The translations under genes were made by a program, and so were the position numbers. DNA of 32,000 nt from an uncultured Prolixibacteraceae bacterium (lineage in GTDB: Bacteria; Bacteroidota; Bacteroidia; Bacteroidales; FEN-979), in contig CAYSAU010000017.1 in NCBI GenBank assembly GCA_964429135.1, forward strand, positions 23,538 to 55,537. Reading direction: 5' to 3'. How positions within the stretch are numbered: the first letter of the stretch is position 1; each line of letters begins with the position of its first letter. Under the pieces are notes generated by a model. The model was not told the DNA's origin, ran no database searches, and worked only from the letters and a program-made list of their open reading frames with translations. Positions 27,967 through 32,000 of the stretch are shown in pieces.

Positions 27967-28511
27967 ACGAAAACCAGGTTCACCTAAAGATGAAACCATT
28001 ACCGGCCGGATTCCTGTTAAAGGTAAAATGGGCTGGTGCCCGGCTGATTTTCTTTTTCTTTTTGGCTTTAGGCTTACTTACCGGTGGAATCATCTGTTGG
28101 TTCTTTGCCCCTCTTTATTCCTGGTATTTCTTCGGTGAGTTCAACTTCACAAAATACATCCGGTTTATTTATCCCATTATGCTGGAGTGGATCAAAGTCG
28201 AAATCCGGTATATCAAACATAAGAAGTACCGCAACCATTTTCCGGTATCACTGACAGCGCCTCCCATGATGTTTCCCGAGAAAACTCATCTGAGAATAAG
28301 TCAAACCTGGATGGGACCCAAAGATAATTGCAACGGATGTATCCGCTGTTGTGTACTGGCGGAATGCCCTCTTATTGATATGCAACGGAAAACCTGTCTG
28401 AGCTATGGTACCTTTTTCTGGAGATACTTCCATTGCGGAAGATACCCGGAGAACCAGGAACAGATCGATTTTTACCAGTGTCCGAAATGGAGTTTTAAAG
28501 TTTTTCTCTAA
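27963..28511 (+). CDS. Hypothetical membrane protein with Cys-rich C-terminal domain
   Basis: TM segment ARLIFFFFLALGLLTGGIICWFFAPLYSWYFF, then DNCNGCIRCCVLAECPLIDMQRKTCLSY...HCGRYPENQEQIDFYQCPKWSF. ATGA overlap (27963-27966) with the upstream gene. Confidence 0.75.
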   Translation: MNENQVHLKMKPLPAGFLLKVKWAGARLIFFFFLALGLLTGGIICWFFAPLYSWYFFGEFNFTKYIRFIYPIMLEWIKVEIRYIKHKKYRNHFPVSLTAPPMMFPEKTHLRISQTWMGPKDNCNGCIRCCVLAECPLIDMQRKTCLSYGTFFWRYFHCGRYPENQEQIDFYQCPKWSFKVFL

Positions 28512-28559
28512 AATTCAATTAAATTTATCAAAAAAATCTGACCTTAAAATCCCAGTTTT

Positions 28560-29405
28560 ATGAAAACAAATTTTTATGGTAAGATGCAATCCCTCGTTAA
28601 GTTTTTAGCAGTCGGACTGCTGTTATGGAATTGCAGTGGAGGAATCAGGGAACAAACGTCTCAAAAGACATCTGCTGATACTCTTTTTCCGGAAGCAAGA
28701 TTATCCACAGAAATCAAACAGGAGTTATACGCCTTGCCCACTCCGCTTGAAATCACGATAATTCTTGAAAAGAGCAGGGCAGGATATATTTTCGATATCA
28801 CCAATCCACCCGTGAATGCAGCGAAATATATCGCAGAAAGAGAAAAAGCGCTGAACCTGGGAGTTTATACCGCCGATTTGGCCTATTCTGCCACCTATGG
28901 TCAGAAGGATGCCACAAACAAGTTTCTGGCCTGTACGGCAAAATTATCGGATGAATTGAGCATAACCGGAATTTATGAGGCTGGACTGGTAGAACGGATC
29001 AAACGGGTGGGTAATAACCGTGACAGTTTGGTCGGTATGGTTGAAAATATACTGATGCATACTAGTTCTTTGCTTGCCCGGCAAAATCGCCATTATATTG
29101 CAGTACTGATTGCCACAGGGGCTTTCGTGGAAGGGTTATACCTTGCTGCAGAGCTGAATATTGTGGCGGAAAACAATACCTTGATCTCTTCGGCTATCCT
29201 GAAGCAAAAAGATCATCTTGACAAACTGCTCACCGTTATGGAAGCATTTCGCGAATGCCAGCAAATGGATGCTTTATTTCAACGACTAACATCGCTGCGA
29301 TCTGTTTTCACTGGTTTTGGCCTGAAACCAGGGAAATCACTGCCCCGAGAAAAGGCCATGGTGCTCAGCGATGTTGTAGAGAAAGTAAGAAACGAAATCA
29401 TATAA
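28560..29405 (+). CDS. Hypothetical lipoprotein
   Basis: 281 aa with signal peptide and lipobox-like LLLWNCSGG; remainder helical, no recognised enzyme motif. Confidence 0.75.
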   Translation: MKTNFYGKMQSLVKFLAVGLLLWNCSGGIREQTSQKTSADTLFPEARLSTEIKQELYALPTPLEITIILEKSRAGYIFDITNPPVNAAKYIAEREKALNLGVYTADLAYSATYGQKDATNKFLACTAKLSDELSITGIYEAGLVERIKRVGNNRDSLVGMVENILMHTSSLLARQNRHYIAVLIATGAFVEGLYLAAELNIVAENNTLISSAILKQKDHLDKLLTVMEAFRECQQMDALFQRLTSLRSVFTGFGLKPGKSLPREKAMVLSDVVEKVRNEII

Positions 29406-29518
29406 TTATCAGAACCCGGAACTTGCTTCATTCGTCCGGATTCTTCCTTTCATTATTTCTGATTTCGTAATTGTATGCCAACCAACAATGTAATAATGGA
29501 TGAACACCTCCTTCTGTT

Positions 29519-30436
29519 ATGGAAAACCTGAACCCCAAAGTCATAAAAGCGCTGACCGAACATGCCAACGAGATCGTGGCAGGGTCGTATAAGAATGTAG
29601 ATCAAATTTTTAAGCTGACCGACCAGACTAAAAATTCACCCGAACTGGCCGAACTGGCCGAGACCTTCGGCATGATGACGGTAAAGATCGAAGCAAGGGA
29701 ATATGCTCTTGAAAACACCATTGAAGAGCTGAAAAAAAAGAATGTGCAGATAGAACTGCTGAACAACCAGCGGTCCCTGCTCAGTATTGTCTTTGTAGGC
29801 ATTGTCCTGCTGATCACATGCTATATTTTCGTTCTGGGTTTTATCCACGATCAAACCTTCTCCAATCAATTCATCGCAAAATTTGTCACCAATTATCCGG
29901 TAGTTGAGATTATCTCACTGATAGCAGTACTCATGATGGTTCTGACCAGTAACCTTCGCCTAAAAGATTTCGGTTTAACTTTTACAGGTTGGAAACGATC
30001 AGTCATAGAATCCTTGATCACTTCCGGTGCGTTTATTCTCCTGCTTGTGGTGATAAAGTATCTCAGCAACCGTTATCTTCCGGGTCTTTTCCGGGAAAAG
30101 AAACTTTTCGATCTCTCCTATTTTGGTGTCACCTACATCACCTATCTGGGGGTGGCTCCCCTCCAGGAGTTTATTGCCCGCGGGGCGGTACAGGGCACTC
30201 TGGAAAAGATCCTGGATCTCCGTTACCGGGGATTTTTTGTCATCCTGGTTACCACTTTTCTATTTGGAGCCGTGCACATGATGACTTCCCTAAACCTGGC
30301 AATAGTTTCGTTTATCACCGGGTGGCTCTGGGGCTGGATGTATCACCGTCAGAAAAATCTTATAGGCGTAAGCCTTTCTCATTTTCTGATCGGAAATATT
30401 TCGGGGCTGATGGGGTATTGGACTTTATTAGAATAG
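29519..30436 (+). CDS. HAMP-like domain + CPBP (Abi/Rce1-like) family integral membrane protein, paralog 2
   Basis: IVAGSYKNVDQIFKLTDQTKNSPELAELAETFGMMTVKIEAREYALENTIEELKKKN; APLQEFIARGAVQ, FLFGAVHM, LSHFLIGN. Clear paralog of 23961..24863. Confidence 0.82.
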   Translation: MENLNPKVIKALTEHANEIVAGSYKNVDQIFKLTDQTKNSPELAELAETFGMMTVKIEAREYALENTIEELKKKNVQIELLNNQRSLLSIVFVGIVLLITCYIFVLGFIHDQTFSNQFIAKFVTNYPVVEIISLIAVLMMVLTSNLRLKDFGLTFTGWKRSVIESLITSGAFILLLVVIKYLSNRYLPGLFREKKLFDLSYFGVTYITYLGVAPLQEFIARGAVQGTLEKILDLRYRGFFVILVTTFLFGAVHMMTSLNLAIVSFITGWLWGWMYHRQKNLIGVSLSHFLIGNISGLMGYWTLLE

Positions 30437-30522
30437 AAACAAATTACCCATTTAAAAGAATAATACGACTCTAAGCTCACGAGGAGGAGGTTTGAGTGAT
30501 TTTGCTATCCCGAAAATTGTTA

Positions 30523-30530
30523 TATCTTTG
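30523..30530 (+). promoter_or_regulatory. Candidate -7 box (TATCTTTG) upstream of the dynamin gene
   Basis: TTTG (30501-30504), 18-bp spacer, TATCTTTG (30523-30530), close to the Bacteroidota TTTG/TAnnTTTG promoter layout. Confidence 0.5.
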
Positions 30531-30562
30531 CACCCGGCAATGGAGTCTGCCATAAACCGTCC

Positions 30563-30604
30563 TGAATGACTGATGACTCCTGACTAAACGAAGTCAGTCA
30601 TTCA
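30563..30604 (+). repeat. Perfect 11-bp inverted repeat in the leader of the dynamin gene
   Basis: TGAATGACTGA (30563-30573) and TCAGTCATTCA (30594-30604), 20-nt loop; ends one base before an in-frame ATG at 30606. Confidence 0.75.
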
Positions 30605-30605
30605 A

Positions 30606-32000
30606 ATGCCCGAGTCACATCCATACAGGAATCAACCGGAGATGCCAGGTTTTCAGAATTTTCTGAAAACACTTGAGCAGTTTTACAGGCAATTGAACCT
30701 TCCTGAAAAATCTGATGAACTACAACGGATTGCTACAACGATTACTGCATCAGACTTCATCGATGTGGCCGTTGTGGGGCAGTTCAAGGCCGGAAAGAGC
30801 TCCTTTATCAATTCCCTCCTGGGAGAACAGGTCATCCCAACCGGGTTTCTGCCAGTCACTTCGGTCATAACCCGGGTCCGTTATGGCAAACACCTTGAGG
30901 TCATTTTAAAGCATCAAAACGGGCAGTCGGAGACCATTCCGCCTGAAAAGCTGATCGAGTATTGTTCTGAGCAGTTCAATCCCGGCAACAAAAAAATGAT
31001 TGAAGTCATCGATGTTTACCACCCCGTTCTGCGTGACATCTGGAAGATCCGCCTTGTCGACACCCCAGGCCTGGGAAGCATCTCTGAGGAGACCACCCAA
31101 GTGACTACCCGATGGCTGAATGAGGCCAGTTTCGCCCTTCTCATCATCAGCTCCGAGAGGCCGCTTTCTGCGGCAGACCTTGGAGTCGTCGAGGAGTTGA
31201 AGAAGATCTGTCCGAGGATTTCTCTGATCATCACAAAAATCGACCTTGTTCCGCAGGATGAACACCCGCGCCTGATGGAGTATATCCAAACCGGCATCTC
31301 ATCTATTTCCACGGATTACCCGATTCAGATCCTGGGATACTCCATCTATAACCATTCCGACGATTACAGAGGAAAGATCCTTCAACAGATCATCCGTCCC
31401 ATGCAGGAGCAGTTTGCTGACGAAAAGGCCTTGGTGTCGGTGCATAAGATCTCGGGCCTGGTCAGGGATTGCCTGCAGTACACGGAAATCGTCTTGCGAA
31501 GCCAGGAAAAGTTCAGGGACAATGAAAAGCAGCTGCTCGGGGTGATCAGTGAGATCGAAAAAAACAGAGAGCATTACAAGACGGAACTGCTATATACAAC
31601 AACTGCCTTCAAGGGTGAAGTGAGAGCGATGCTGGAGAATATCATTATCCCCTTCCAGGAAGAGATTATCCGGAAGCTGAACAGTTCTTTCGATAAGGAG
31701 ATGGAATTGCACAAGGGGATGCTGTACAAAGTGACCCGGTGGTTTGAGAAGTGGATCATCGATTCTATCCGCAGCGAGGTAAACCAGACTTATCGAGATA
31801 CTCTGCCGAAAATAGACTTGTTCCTGGATGGCAAGGCCGGATTTTACACCCATTTCATCAAAACCTTCCAGCAATCCTACAAACAGTTCATCCATGATCT
31901 CTACAGTGTCGATATCAGGATCGAACCCGTAAGCGTGGCTCCGTTACCTATCGGGACCCCTGATATTTCCGTTTACCGGATCTTTGATTCTCACCTGGAT
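30606..32000 (+). CDS. Dynamin-family GTPase (partial; C-terminus off the right edge)
   Basis: Open to the window end, hence missing from the ORF track. G1 VVGQFKAGKSSFINSLLG, G2 region PVTSVITRV, G3 VDTPGLGS, G4 ITKIDLV, followed by a long helical region. Start is 30606 (MPESHPYRNQPEMPGF) or 30642 (MPGFQNFLK). Confidence 0.85.
   Translation, partial: MPESHPYRNQPEMPGFQNFLKTLEQFYRQLNLPEKSDELQRIATTITASDFIDVAVVGQFKAGKSSFINSLLGEQVIPTGFLPVTSVITRVRYGKHLEVILKHQNGQSETIPPEKLIEYCSEQFNPGNKKMIEVIDVYHPVLRDIWKIRLVDTPGLGSISEETTQVTTRWLNEASFALLIISSERPLSAADLGVVEELKKICPRISLIITKIDLVPQDEHPRLMEYIQTGISSISTDYPIQILGYSIYNHSDDYRGKILQQIIRPMQEQFADEKALVSVHKISGLVRDCLQYTEIVLRSQEKFRDNEKQLLGVISEIEKNREHYKTELLYTTTAFKGEVRAMLENIIIPFQEEIIRKLNSSFDKEMELHKGMLYKVTRWFEKWIIDSIRSEVNQTYRDTLPKIDLFLDGKAGFYTHFIKTFQQSYKQFIHDLYSVDIRIEPVSVAPLPIGTPDISVYRIFDSHLD

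Noticed and set aside
27348-28433. Minus-strand short ORFs beneath the hypothetical gene pair
   Set aside because: Short, no motif, opposite to longer frames with coherent composition and an ATGA overlap.
30465-30500. Purine-rich ACGAGGAGGAGG run considered as a ribosome-binding site
   Set aside because: No start codon with a long frame follows at the proper spacing, and it lies upstream of the likely promoter; Bacteroidota make little use of Shine-Dalgarno sites.
1-32000. CRISPR arrays, transposons/integrases, rRNA or tRNA genes
   Set aside because: I saw no regularly spaced direct repeats, transposase/integrase-like ORFs, or tRNA/rRNA-like stretches. A tRNAscan-SE/Infernal run would be needed to exclude small RNAs formally.

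Overview
This looks like a Bacteroidota-type chromosomal segment. The evidence is TAnnTTTG-like -7 boxes, an outer-membrane beta-barrel protein with a carboxypeptidase-regulatory-like N-terminus, and a Bacteroidota-style M23 peptidase. From left to right: (1) housekeeping genes: a partial M23 metallopeptidase, a metallophosphoesterase, a sodium:solute symporter and an Ogt methyltransferase. (2) A two-module arsenic island of about 12 kb. Module A is arsR1, small thioredoxin, ArsF-like, ArsG-like CcdA-fold permease, UPF0718/ArsP-like permease, a divergent P5CR-like reductase, and an 8-CxxCH membrane-anchored cytochrome c. Module B is arsR2, arsC, arsM and ACR3. A convergent/divergent TonB-type outer-membrane protein gene lies between them. 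(3) A tightly packed three-gene phosphorelay: GAF/PAS kinase, Rcp1-like receiver, and REC-PAS-GAF-PAS-kinase-REC hybrid. (4) A membrane-lipid neighbourhood: pssA, psd, a HAMP-like/CPBP fusion protein and a DAK2-DegV fusion, followed on the other strand by two translationally coupled unknown genes, a lipoprotein, a second HAMP-like/CPBP paralog, and a dynamin-family GTPase that runs off the window. The best candidates for undescribed biology are the paired CPBP proteins. They carry a HAMP-like N-terminus and share substitutions in two of the canonical protease motifs (QExxxR and HxxxG), and they sit beside phospholipid synthesis genes and a dynamin. The second candidate is the translationally coupled P5CR-like/octaheme cytochrome pair attached to an organoarsenical-type ars operon. 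All functions are inferred from motifs and context; no database search was run.
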